Assembly (NCBI GenBank): GCA_031274415.1
Contig: JAISQD010000054.1
Location: 1,691 to 65,690, forward strand
Reading direction: 5' to 3'
Length of the DNA stretch: 64,000 bases
DNA from: Tannerellaceae bacterium
GTDB lineage: Bacteria > Bacteroidota > Bacteroidia > Bacteroidales > Tannerellaceae
Numbering within the stretch: position 1 is the first letter of the stretch; the number at the start of each line of letters is the position of its first letter. Positions 28,801 through 38,457 of the stretch are shown in pieces. A program made the translations under genes and the position numbers. The notes beneath the pieces were generated by a model, which had not been told where the DNA came from, made no database searches, and saw only the letters and a list, made by a program, of their open reading frames with translations.

Positions 28801-31707
28801 TTAAAACTCATTTCTGCTTCTGAGGTATTTCCCTGGAATCTCTGCGAATATAGCCATTATAACTAAAACAGCAAAGGAATAAAGAATGATTAGATTAAAC
28901 AAATAAGTCGAAAAGAAATACGCTCCCATTTGTTTTTCGTGGCTATAGAACGGCGCCCTTCCCCAGCGATGATCCGGCGGCAGGTAGATTTGCCCGACTT
29001 GGGGATAGATCCGGTTGCCGGCTTTTTTGAAAAAGCGGTTTCCTTGCCCCGTCACCAGCGCCTCAATCGCCTCGTTATGGCGTGTTTGCCTGAGCCTGTT
29101 GAGCCATTCGCCGCCTTTTTCCCTGACCTGTTGTTGCCGGGTTTGTTCCATGTAAGCCGTGAAATTGTGCGCCCTGAGACGCAAGGCCGAATCGGCTTTG
29201 TTCAGGTAAAACGCATACGGCTCGTCCGGAAGAGGAGGCTGGATACGCGCCGCCCGCCCAAGGATACGTATTTCATTGTCAATGGTCTGTTTCGCCGAGG
29301 TATCGCCTTTTGCGTATTCCTCCGCCAAACGGCGCACTTCGGGCAGGTGGATGTCCTTGTAATACTGTGCCTGGAACTTCTCTTTCTCTATCGGGAAAAA
29401 GAGCCGGTTATAGGCATTATCCGTAAATTGCTCCGTCATCAACGCCTCAAAAGCCCAACGGGAGGGGATGATTTCGCCGATCAAAGGAACCATATTCGTA
29501 TCATCGGCCTTGGCATTTAAATCCCCGAAAGGGATCACCAGGCCGCAGAGCAATATCTGGGGTATCAACAGTAAAGGAATCGTTATATAGATGGAAACGA
29601 TGGAATTAAGCGTCTGCGAAAGCCACAGTCCGGTCAGGTTTGCCAGAAAAGCGGCCGTCCATAAAACCGTCCACCAGACAGGGAACATCTCACGCCCTAC
29701 TTCGATGATGCTATTCCCAACGAGAAGGAACAGCGAGGTTTGAATACCCGACAGGACAAACAAATAGAGCATCTTAGCGCTCAGGTAACTACTCCGGCTC
29801 AAGCGCAGGAAACGCTCCCGCTTCAGGATGATCCTGTCTTTTATGATCTCTTCTGCACTGATGCTCAATCCTATAAAAGTGACGACAACGATCGACATAA
29901 AGATATAGGAAACGAAGTTCTTATTCCCCAGCAGGGTATACTGCCCGTCGGGGGCGAACTTGGTCAGCAGGGCTACGATCCAGGCCAGTAAAGGGGCTTC
30001 GAGCAAAGCAATGGAGAGGTATTGCAGGTTGGTGAGCTTCGTTCGGATATTCCGCTCCGAAAAGATCAGGAACTGTTTCAGCCATGAGGGGGTTTTCTGT
30101 TTATTGTCGGGCAGTACGTCTGTTTTTACCGCCTGAAAGGAGGAACGGGCGTCCAGATACATCCCGTGCCACTCTTCGGCGGTGAACTTACGTATATCCG
30201 TCTGATTTCCCGAATCGTCAATTTTCTTAGAATCAATGATATTCAGTATCTGTTCGGGATTGACATTCCCGCAGACGCTGCATACGCTGATGTTCTGGTC
30301 GGTGTATTTCGCCGCATGTTTGAAATAGGTAACCGCCTCTATCGGATTGCCGTCGTAGATGGGATAACCGCCTTTGTCAAGCAGCCAAAGCCGGTCGAAA
30401 AGCTTATATATTTCGGATGATGGCTGGTGGATATTGACCACAATCAGTTTCCCCTTATGGGTCTGCTCTTTCAGTAACATCATCACTTTTTCGGAGTCGG
30501 AAGAAGAAAGCCCCGAGGTGGGTTCATCCAAGTAGAGGACAGCCGGCTCGCGGATAAGTTCCAAGGCAATATTCAGCCGTTTACGTTGGCCGCCACTGAT
30601 GATCTTGCGGATGGGCGAGCCGACTTCGAGGTCTTTGATATCGGTCAGGGATAAATCTTTCAGCGCCTGGTTCACGCGTCGTTCTATCTCTTCCCCCGAC
30701 ACGCCGTCGAAACAAAAACGCGCCGTAAACCACAGGTTCTGATACACGGTAAGTTCTTCTATCAGCAAATCATCCTGCGGGACAAAGCCGATCAACTGCC
30801 GCGCCTCGGGAGCATCCACCGGATAACCGTTGAGGGTGACGCTCCCGCTGTCGGGATGAATGTTCCCGTTCAGGATACCCAGTAGCGTAGACTTCCCCAC
30901 TCCGCTTCCCCCCATGATAGCGACCAGCTGTCCCGATTCAAGGTCGAAAGAAAAGTTGTGCAGACCGGCTGTGGAATGGCTGAAAGAAAACTGGATATCC
31001 CTCCCCGAAAGGAAAACGTGGTCTTTCTGCCTATCCTTATTGAAAACAGCCTGCAAATCACTGAAATAAACCGGAAGGATATGCGGCCCTTTCACCACGC
31101 TGCTGTGTTGCCAACTGTAGAATATACCGGAAGCCACCGGAATATCATTCATAAAAACCATCCCTTCGCCCTCGTAGGTAAAGAGATACCGTCCAAAGCG
31201 CCTGATGAGCCAGACGCGGATATGCCCTTCCATCCCTTCGCGCCGGATATGGCCAGGCGCTTTTTCTTCCCCGCTTATTGTCAGGATAGCGGATGAGGGC
31301 GCCCCCACAAGAAAGGAAAGGGTATCGGAAAATTCGTCTTCCGGAATGTTGAATACATCGGAAACAGACTGGAACATAGGCAAATGATGTTCAAATTCGT
31401 CACTGTTCCGACGTGCGAACTCCATGAAACGAACCAGCAGCAACAGTTGCTCCTCTGCCGCCAGTTTCGCCTTCATCTGCTTACATATATTATAGACTAC
31501 GTTTTCCTTGTTGATGGCATACAGCGAATCGTCATACATGCTCCGCAGCTCATTGTACAGTTCGATATATTCTTTGTGTGAACGAACGCCAAAATGGCTC
31601 GACAGGTATGAATGAACCGCCTCGATAGCCTGCTCTTTCTCTATTTTTACAATAGAAGCAAATACGGCAAACAGATTCAACAGCCCGTTAAGTATACTTT
31701 CGTTCAT
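28801..31707 (-). CDS. Fused ABC transporter (ABCG/White-like NBD-TMD) with a TerB-like N-terminal region
   Basis: GGSGVGKS Walker A, VPQDD, ISGGQRKR, LDEPTSGL, IHQPS, ABC2-type TM segments, PSRWAFEAL. Confidence 0.9.
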   Translation of the reverse strand: MNESILNGLLNLFAVFASIVKIEKEQAIEAVHSYLSSHFGVRSHKEYIELYNELRSMYDDSLYAINKENVVYNICKQMKAKLAAEEQLLLLVRFMEFARRNSDEFEHHLPMFQSVSDVFNIPEDEFSDTLSFLVGAPSSAILTISGEEKAPGHIRREGMEGHIRVWLIRRFGRYLFTYEGEGMVFMNDIPVASGIFYSWQHSSVVKGPHILPVYFSDLQAVFNKDRQKDHVFLSGRDIQFSFSHSTAGLHNFSFDLESGQLVAIMGGSGVGKSTLLGILNGNIHPDSGSVTLNGYPVDAPEARQLIGFVPQDDLLIEELTVYQNLWFTARFCFDGVSGEEIERRVNQALKDLSLTDIKDLEVGSPIRKIISGGQRKRLNIALELIREPAVLYLDEPTSGLSSSDSEKVMMLLKEQTHKGKLIVVNIHQPSSEIYKLFDRLWLLDKGGYPIYDGNPIEAVTYFKHAAKYTDQNISVCSVCGNVNPEQILNIIDSKKIDDSGNQTDIRKFTAEEWHGMYLDARSSFQAVKTDVLPDNKQKTPSWLKQFLIFSERNIRTKLTNLQYLSIALLEAPLLAWIVALLTKFAPDGQYTLLGNKNFVSYIFMSIVVVTFIGLSISAEEIIKDRIILKRERFLRLSRSSYLSAKMLYLFVLSGIQTSLFLLVGNSIIEVGREMFPVWWTVLWTAAFLANLTGLWLSQTLNSIVSIYITIPLLLIPQILLCGLVIPFGDLNAKADDTNMVPLIGEIIPSRWAFEALMTEQFTDNAYNRLFFPIEKEKFQAQYYKDIHLPEVRRLAEEYAKGDTSAKQTIDNEIRILGRAARIQPPLPDEPYAFYLNKADSALRLRAHNFTAYMEQTRQQQVREKGGEWLNRLRQTRHNEAIEALVTGQGNRFFKKAGNRIYPQVGQIYLPPDHRWGRAPFYSHEKQMGAYFFSTYLFNLIILYSFAVLVIMAIFAEIPGKYLRSRNEF

Positions 31708-31810
31708 GTGATGTCAGTTCATTTGATTCATTTAATTCATTATGAAGACAAAACTACAAAAAAGAACGATACTTCAAACCACCTATCAATAAATCAATTA
31801 ATTTTGCGAT

Positions 31811-32410
31811 ATGAAGTGGCGCAGTATCTTGTTACCGGTATTCATGCTATCCTGTTTGTATGCGAACGCGCAGAAAATAAGACAGAATACCATTCCGAAC
31901 GATCTACACAGGGCTATTGTTGAAAATGGGGATACGATAGCCGTAGTCAATCTTCGGGATGTGTACATCTATCCGGAGATGAAGTTTAAGAACAAAAGGG
32001 AAGAGGATAATTATTACAAGTTGATACGCGATGTGAAGCGCACCTTGCCTTATGCAAAAATGGTCTACCATACGCTGATCGAAACCTATGAATACATGGA
32101 AACGCTCCCCAACGACAAGTTAAAACAGGCTCATTTAAAAAGAATGGAAAAGGAGCTGTTCAAAGAATATAAACCGGAACTGAAAAAGCTGACTTTCTCT
32201 CAAGGCAAACTGCTGATAAAACTGATCGACAGGGAGTGTAACCAATCCAGTTACAACCTGTTGAAAGCCTATCTGGGCAGTTTTCGCGCCGGGTTCTGGA
32301 ACCTGTTTGCCGGCATGTTCGGCGCAAGCCTGAAATCCGAGTACGACCCGAAAGGGAAAGACGCCCTGACGGAACGGATCGTCGTCCTGGTTGAAAACCG
32401 GTTGATTTGA
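31811..32410 (+). CDS. DUF4294-family protein
   Basis: Signal peptide; VKRTLPYAK, LKKLTFSQGKLLIKLIDRE, FGASLKSEYDP. Confidence 0.85.
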   Translation: MKWRSILLPVFMLSCLYANAQKIRQNTIPNDLHRAIVENGDTIAVVNLRDVYIYPEMKFKNKREEDNYYKLIRDVKRTLPYAKMVYHTLIETYEYMETLPNDKLKQAHLKRMEKELFKEYKPELKKLTFSQGKLLIKLIDRECNQSSYNLLKAYLGSFRAGFWNLFAGMFGASLKSEYDPKGKDALTERIVVLVENRLI

Positions 32411-32457
32411 GTTGAGAATTGAGAGCACGCCAACTCTCAATTCTCAATTCTCAACTC
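32409..32457. terminator. Heptamer-repeat hairpin between convergent genes, possibly a bidirectional terminator
   Basis: TTGAGAATTGAGAG (32412-32425) pairs with CTCTCAATTCTCAA (32434-32447); an extra TTCTCAA unit follows. Confidence 0.55.
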
Positions 32458-32973
32458 TTTAAAGATATCCCATATGACAATACCGGCCGTCACGGATACA
32501 TTCAACGAGTGTTTCGTCCCGTACTGGGGTATTTCAATACACATGTCGCAGCGGTCAATAACCGGCTGTTGAACACCTTTTACCTCATTCCCAAATATAA
32601 CGGCATATTTCTTATTCCGCTCCAGCTGCAGCTTGTCCAGCATCACGCTCCCTACGGCCTGTTCAACGGCGCAGACGGTGTATCCCTCCCTTTTCAACCT
32701 GTCGACAGCGTCCAACGTCTCCCTAAAATACAACCAGTCGACCGTATCTTCCGCTCCCAAAGCCGTCTTGTGTATTTCGGCATGCGGGGGCTGCGCCGTT
32801 ATCCCGCAAAGATAGACGGCCTCCACCCTGAAAGCGTCGGATGTACGAAACACGGAACCCACATTGTTTAAGCTCCTTACATGATCCAATACGACGATCA
32901 AAGGAATTTTTTCACTCTCTTTATACGCTTCGGGAGTGAGCCTGTTCAGTTCCGTTATGCCCAGTTTACGCAT
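32437..32973 (-). CDS. SpoU/TrmH-family RNA methyltransferase
   Basis: VRSLNNVGSVFRT, FGNEVKGV, IPQYGTKHSLNVSV. Confidence 0.95.
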   Translation of the reverse strand: MRKLGITELNRLTPEAYKESEKIPLIVVLDHVRSLNNVGSVFRTSDAFRVEAVYLCGITAQPPHAEIHKTALGAEDTVDWLYFRETLDAVDRLKREGYTVCAVEQAVGSVMLDKLQLERNKKYAVIFGNEVKGVQQPVIDRCDMCIEIPQYGTKHSLNVSVTAGIVIWDIFKELRIEN

Positions 32974-32989
32974 TTTTCCTTTTTAGTTC

Positions 32990-33460
32990 ATGCAAAAGTA
33001 ACCATTTCGTGTTTAAATCCGGTTGAAAAAGAAATAATAAGTTGTAAGCAGAAACTAAAAACTCTCCTTGCATAACCCGGAATTATTGTTATACCCCGTC
33101 CGGTTTTAATTGTCATACAAAAGATACGGTTTCTTTATTACATCGTATCAACATCGGTTATCCACCGAAAAAAGAGTTCCGCCATCTTTCCTTTTTCCCC
33201 TGTATAACGTTTTAAACATAGTCTTAAAAGTTATCATAATAGATTGATATTCATATGAATCATTGTATTTAACACGGTTAATAACCTATTCATAAACCTC
33301 TCTCATCTATTGATAACCAAACAGCCAAGAAAGAGACCAAAAATGTTTCAACCATTTTAACCATGTATCATATACATCATATATTTATTTGAATTTCAAT
33401 TTTAAATAATAATATAATAATAGATTGTTCAAAAAGGTGTATGATACGTAAATAGAAGAA
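32990..33460. other. Candidate chromosomal replication origin (AT-rich, degenerate DnaA-box cluster)
   Basis: ORF-free AT-rich region with TTATCCACC (33158), GTATCAACA, TTATACCCC, reverse-strand TTATGCAAG, TTATACAGG, TTATTAACC and TTATCAATA, then a very AT-rich tract at ~33370-33425. Confidence 0.5.
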
Positions 33461-33520
33461 CATACCGATGTATTTTTCCGGCGGTCATAGTGTATTTTAG
33501 GAAATACCGGTAGAAAATCT

Positions 33521-33608
33521 TTATTCGACAGTTGTCGAACAGCTGTTTGACAAGGGTCGAACAGCTATTCGACAGCTGTCAAACAGCTGTTCGACAACTG
33601 TCGAATAA
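33521..33608. repeat. Palindromic array built from ~11-bp TCGA(A)CAGCTG units, with perfect 32-bp arms
   Basis: 33521-33552 is the exact reverse complement of 33577-33608; the loop contains a nested GTCGAA/TTCGAC hairpin. Confidence 0.92.
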
Positions 33609-33703
33609 GATATAATATACGACATCAAAAAGTTTTCTTCCTGACATCTTGAAAAATAGATGCAGAAAGAATATAATTTATGAAGGTATAGCTTGCAGTC
33701 CGT

Positions 33704-34933
33704 TTAATGTGGAATCACGTGTGGAACCAGGTTCAGTAAAAGCTGAACGGCATATCCTGAAGCGCTTCCGGAATGACTTTGGCCGTATACGCGGACAAGG
33801 GTGACGTCACATCCTCTTCCATGGAAAGAATCGTAGGCATGCTGGGCGCTGTAAAAGGGCGACAACTCATCATCTACTCCGTGTATCAGGATGATGGGGG
33901 CGTGGGGTGTCCAATCGATCAGGCTGTTACGGACGAGGGATTCGTTTAGTTTGCGAAACTCGGTGTTTGTTTCGTCAGGGGAGGAGAAGAAGTCGGGATG
34001 GAGGTAGCGGTTGATGGCGCCCATTCCTATCCTGTCGTCGATTTCGTCTGTCGTATAGTTTTTGCTGTTGATCCATTCGTTGTAGTTTGACAGCAATGCG
34101 CCCGTAAATATTTTGCTGTAATCCAGTTGCAGGTTGTCGCCGTAATCCAGTCCGATGGGGATCATCGCCAGCATGCTTGGACGTGTCATTTCGCCTGTCT
34201 CCCGCAATTCGTCGACGATGGCGGTCAGGTCGTACGGCCCTCCTCCGGCAATGACCTGTCTGATATGGACATCTTCGGCATATTCCTCCTCCGCCATCTT
34301 TTGGACAGCCAACGCCGCTGCGCCTCCCTGGGAATATCCGCAGATGTAGATGTCATCATTCAGCGGATATGCTTTTGTTTCAAAGTATTCCCTGACGGCA
34401 AATAAGAAATCGAGCGAAGCGCGGGCGGTACATGTTGCATGCAGGTAGGGTTGTGGCAGCGCTCTCGACACGCCGAAGCCGAGGTAATCGGGCGTCATCA
34501 CGGCATACCCGAATATGGCAGCGGCCGACTCCATAATGTACATCATTTCCGAAGGGGCATCGCGGTTGGCGGAGATCGTATAATGTTCGGCCAGAAGGAC
34601 ATCCGCGCTGACATCCGACAGCGGGTAGGCAACGATTCCCGAAGCGACGACCGGCTGATCGGTGGGATCTACCGTGTTGTAATGGATCACATCGACACGG
34701 ATATCAGCGGCGTCTGCAGGAATTGTGACTAAACTTGCCATACTGCCTAATGTATTTGAGGCAAATTCATGCGCTGTATATTGCGCCGAATCACTGACAG
34801 TGATAAAATAGGTAAAGGGGGGCTCTTCCGGGACCGGGGGCGTTTCGCCGCCTTCGGAACATCCTGCTAACAGCCATAAAAGAGAGGCAAAAAGGACTGT
34901 TTTTCCTGTGTTGTAATACTTGAGATATTTCAT
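33704..34933 (-). CDS. Secretory lipase-family alpha/beta hydrolase lipoprotein
   Basis: Lipobox LAG-C; PDYLGFG, GYSQGG nucleophile elbow, GGPYDL, HGVDD, SH. Confidence 0.88.
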   Translation of the reverse strand: MKYLKYYNTGKTVLFASLLWLLAGCSEGGETPPVPEEPPFTYFITVSDSAQYTAHEFASNTLGSMASLVTIPADAADIRVDVIHYNTVDPTDQPVVASGIVAYPLSDVSADVLLAEHYTISANRDAPSEMMYIMESAAAIFGYAVMTPDYLGFGVSRALPQPYLHATCTARASLDFLFAVREYFETKAYPLNDDIYICGYSQGGAAALAVQKMAEEEYAEDVHIRQVIAGGGPYDLTAIVDELRETGEMTRPSMLAMIPIGLDYGDNLQLDYSKIFTGALLSNYNEWINSKNYTTDEIDDRIGMGAINRYLHPDFFSSPDETNTEFRKLNESLVRNSLIDWTPHAPIILIHGVDDELSPFYSAQHAYDSFHGRGCDVTLVRVYGQSHSGSASGYAVQLLLNLVPHVIPH

Positions 34934-34993
34934 AAAGTAATCTGTTATTGTAGTGGATATAAAGGTACAAACTTAGGGATAAATTTCCGGTTT

Positions 34994-35018
34994 ACAATAA
35001 AAAGCCCTATTTTTCGTT
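34994..35018 (+). promoter_or_regulatory. Putative ECF (SigP-like) promoter of porU
   Basis: ACAATAAAA-N13-GTT; the same motif and spacing recur upstream of porV. Confidence 0.5.
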
Positions 35019-35043
35019 ACTATATGGATAAGGAAACAGTATA

Positions 35044-38000
35044 ATGCGAATAGTTTATACAGTATTAATAAGTCTTTTCGGCTTGATGACCACTCTGTGG
35101 GCTGACGGTAACCGTTATGCCTCCGGGTCGGTTTTTGCGTCGGGTAAATGGATAAAAATCAAGGTTGATACGACGGGGATATATAAACTGACGGCTGCTG
35201 AATTGCAGAAAATGGGATTCTCCGATATCTCTAAAGTCTCCGTACACGGGTATGGCGGCTGGCCGTTGGATGAGGATTTCAGGAAGCCTTATATCGACGA
35301 TGCGCCGGCTGTAGCCATCCGGAAAACAGCCGATTACCTGCTCTTCTATGCCAAAGGCCCCGTCAAATGGGAATACGACAAGCAGGGCAATACTTTTGTG
35401 CACACCAATAATCCCTATTCCACGTCGGGTTATTATTTCATCACCGATTCTTCGGAAGCAAAAGAGATGGAAACAGTCGCCTCCTTTAGCGGGGCATCCC
35501 TGACTATTTCTACTTTCGACGACTACTGGCTGTATGAAAAAGAGGAAGAATCCGTCAATCAGTCGGGTCGCGAATTTTTCGGCGATTTTTTTAACGGGAA
35601 TTTGCCTAAAACATTTTTCCCCCTCATTCCCGGCATAACCGGCGACGACGGGAAAGTCTCCATGCGGTTTATCGCCCGCCCTAAAACAACGGCAGGAAGA
35701 GCCACGCTCAGTATGAACGACAGGCCGTTACTCAACCTCTCCTTTGGAACAGTGAGCGACATCTACGAAAAAGCCCGTTCGGGATTCGGGACGGCAGACT
35801 GGACGGGAGAAAAAAGCGGGGAGATCAAGATAAGCGTTGTCTATAACAATATGGGCGATGAAAATGTCCGCCTGGATTATATCCGTTTGCAGATGAAACG
35901 TACGCTTCGCCTTTATGGCGATTATACCTTTTTCCGCAGCCTCTCTTCCATTGGCAATGCGTCCCGTTTTATTCTGCAGGGTGCGGATGCCTATACGGAG
36001 GTGTACGATGTCACGGACGGCGTGAATCCCAAGCGTATGGAGGCGCAGTTGAACGGGTCGGAGCTGTCGTTTACGATTCCGGCGGGAGAGCTGCGCGAGT
36101 TCGTAGCGGTCAATACCGCCCGTAGCCTGTCGAGTGTCGGGGAGGCAAAAGAGGTCAAAAATCAAAACCTGCATGCCCTCCCCCAAACCGATATGATCAT
36201 TATTTCGCCAAACGCCCTGCGTAGTCAGGCGGAACGTTTGGCCGAAGCGCACAGGAAGCGGGATGGCTTGAGCGTGGAGGTGGTCAATCCACAGGATATT
36301 TACAATGAATTTTCAAGCGGTGCACCCGATGCGACAGCCTATCGACGCTTTATGAAGATGTTTTATGACCGGGGACTTCCGGACGGTACCGTTCCCCGGT
36401 ATTTGCTTCTGTTCGGAGATGGATCGTACGATAATCGTGGCGTTTCTCCGGCATGGAGAAACATTGACATGTCCGGTATGTTGCTGACTTACCAGTCGGA
36501 AAATTCCTTGAATTATGATTCGTATGTGACAGACGATTATTTCGGTGCATTACAGGACAGCCCCTTTGAGGCTTCCGCCAAGCTGCAAATCGGGATCGGG
36601 CGTTTTCCCGTCCGTACCATCGACGAGGCACAAACAACGGTTGATAAGGTATTAAGCTATATGGATAATACACTGACCGGAGAGTGGAAAAACAACATCA
36701 CATTTGTCGCCGACGACGGCAGTTCGAGCGACGGTTTTACGATCAGGCATATGGATCAGGCCAACCGGATTGTCGATTCTCTCCGGAAGAACCATCCTGA
36801 GTTTCTGGTCAAGAAACTGTTCTTCGACTCATACAAAAAAGACAACAGTGGAGGAGGCGGCAGTTACCCGGATGTCAAAAGAGATATTCAAAGACAGCTC
36901 AGGGAAGGGCTTTTAATGATCAATTATATCGGTCATGGCGGGATGGAGGCATGGAGCGACGAGAAGGTGTTGACACAAACAGAGATTGCCGGGTTCTCAT
37001 ACAAATATTTGCCTTTATGGATCACCGCCACATGCGATTTTACCCGTTTCGACTACACCTCAACGACGGCGGGAGAAGAGGTGTTCTTAAAAAAGAGCGG
37101 AGGGATCGCCCTCTTTACCACAACACGAATAGTGGATTCCTACAGGAATTTCGATCTGAACAGAGAGCTGTTTAACCACCTTTTCGAGAAAGATAAAAAC
37201 GGCCTCCGCCTGACATTGGGCGATATCATAAAGTATACGAAAAACGGGTTGACAGACAATAACAAACTGAATTTCATATTGATTGGCGACCCGGCCTTAA
37301 AGCTGGCCTATCCGGAATACGGTGTGCGGATCACCGCCATAAACGGCCAGCCCACCCATGCGGACACGGTGACGTTCAAAGCGCAGGAGAGGATCACCAT
37401 ACGGGGAGAAGTCCTTCAACCTGACAACAGCATGGCGTCCGGCTTTTCCGGCTCTTTACACGTCACGGTTTTGGACAGCAAACAGACCATTGAAACGTTG
37501 AACAACAACCGTACGGATGTCACGCTCACCTATACGGATTATCCCAATACCCTTTTTACGGGGAACGATATCGTCACCGATGGGTCGTTTGAATTTTCGT
37601 TTTATGTCCCGAAAGATATCTCCTATTCCAACGACTTCGGTATCATGAACCTTTATGCGGCGGATCCTGCGTCGGGGCATGAGGCGCAAGGCTCTTACCA
37701 GAACTTTCGTGTGGGCGGTTCGGCGGCCAATCCCGAAGAGGATTCCGAAGGTCCTGAAATCCGCCGGTTGTACCTGAACGATACAACATTTGTCGATGGG
37801 GGGAAGGTCAATCCGACGCCTTTCTTTGTCGTCCGGTTATGGGATAAAACGGGGGTGAATATCACCGGCAACAGTATCGGGCACGATATCGTGCTGACCA
37901 TAGACAACCAGCCGTCGCTCCGCTATACGCTAAATACCTATTACCAGTCCATCCCCGGCTCCAATGGAGAAGGCTTTGTCCGCTTCCTCTTGCCGGTGTT

Positions 38001-38409
38001 ACCCGCGGGCAGCCATACGGCAGAATTTAAGGCCTGGGATATCCTGAACAACCCGACTCGCCATACCTTCCATTTCGAGGTGGAAGAGGGGTTGAAGCCC
38101 TCTATCGCCGAAATTGTCGCCTCGCCCGTTCCGGCGCGTGAGAACGTACAGTTCCGGATCTATCATAACCGTCCGGAATCAGACCTGACGGTAGGCGTAA
38201 AGGTTTATGATTTAACGGGAAGAGTGGTCTGGAGCTCGCAGGAAAGCGGCTCGTCGGAATTTTCGGCGCCTTATACCGTGACCTGGGATTTGAAAAGTTC
38301 GGGAGGGGCGCGCCTTCGGCCGGGTGTCTATATTTACCGGGCGGTCATCAGTACCCGCAATTCAAAAGAGGCTTCCGGATCGAGGAAATTAATCATCCTT
38401 GCACAATAA
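35044..38409 (+). CDS. porU: Type IX secretion system sortase PorU
   Basis: SVFASGKWIKI N-terminus, IYNEFSSG, LLLFGDGSYD, C25 catalytic NYIGHG and ITATC, LIGDPA, C-terminal T9SS CTD; followed by porV. Confidence 0.95.
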   Translation: MRIVYTVLISLFGLMTTLWADGNRYASGSVFASGKWIKIKVDTTGIYKLTAAELQKMGFSDISKVSVHGYGGWPLDEDFRKPYIDDAPAVAIRKTADYLLFYAKGPVKWEYDKQGNTFVHTNNPYSTSGYYFITDSSEAKEMETVASFSGASLTISTFDDYWLYEKEEESVNQSGREFFGDFFNGNLPKTFFPLIPGITGDDGKVSMRFIARPKTTAGRATLSMNDRPLLNLSFGTVSDIYEKARSGFGTADWTGEKSGEIKISVVYNNMGDENVRLDYIRLQMKRTLRLYGDYTFFRSLSSIGNASRFILQGADAYTEVYDVTDGVNPKRMEAQLNGSELSFTIPAGELREFVAVNTARSLSSVGEAKEVKNQNLHALPQTDMIIISPNALRSQAERLAEAHRKRDGLSVEVVNPQDIYNEFSSGAPDATAYRRFMKMFYDRGLPDGTVPRYLLLFGDGSYDNRGVSPAWRNIDMSGMLLTYQSENSLNYDSYVTDDYFGALQDSPFEASAKLQIGIGRFPVRTIDEAQTTVDKVLSYMDNTLTGEWKNNITFVADDGSSSDGFTIRHMDQANRIVDSLRKNHPEFLVKKLFFDSYKKDNSGGGGSYPDVKRDIQRQLREGLLMINYIGHGGMEAWSDEKVLTQTEIAGFSYKYLPLWITATCDFTRFDYTSTTAGEEVFLKKSGGIALFTTTRIVDSYRNFDLNRELFNHLFEKDKNGLRLTLGDIIKYTKNGLTDNNKLNFILIGDPALKLAYPEYGVRITAINGQPTHADTVTFKAQERITIRGEVLQPDNSMASGFSGSLHVTVLDSKQTIETLNNNRTDVTLTYTDYPNTLFTGNDIVTDGSFEFSFYVPKDISYSNDFGIMNLYAADPASGHEAQGSYQNFRVGGSAANPEEDSEGPEIRRLYLNDTTFVDGGKVNPTPFFVVRLWDKTGVNITGNSIGHDIVLTIDNQPSLRYTLNTYYQSIPGSNGEGFVRFLLPVLPAGSHTAEFKAWDILNNPTRHTFHFEVEEGLKPSIAEIVASPVPARENVQFRIYHNRPESDLTVGVKVYDLTGRVVWSSQESGSSEFSAPYTVTWDLKSSGGARLRPGVYIYRAVISTRNSKEASGSRKLIILAQ

Positions 38410-38427
38410 AAGAGGGGTATAGTAGTT
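38403..38427 (+). promoter_or_regulatory. Putative ECF (SigP-like) promoter of porV
   Basis: ACAATAAAA-N13-GTT overlapping the porU stop codon. Confidence 0.5.
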
Positions 38428-38457
38428 TATAGTGATAACCATTTGCAATACACACAT

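Noticed and set aside
32419-32871. 150-aa + strand ORF
   Set aside because: It is antisense to the clearly conserved SpoU methyltransferase.
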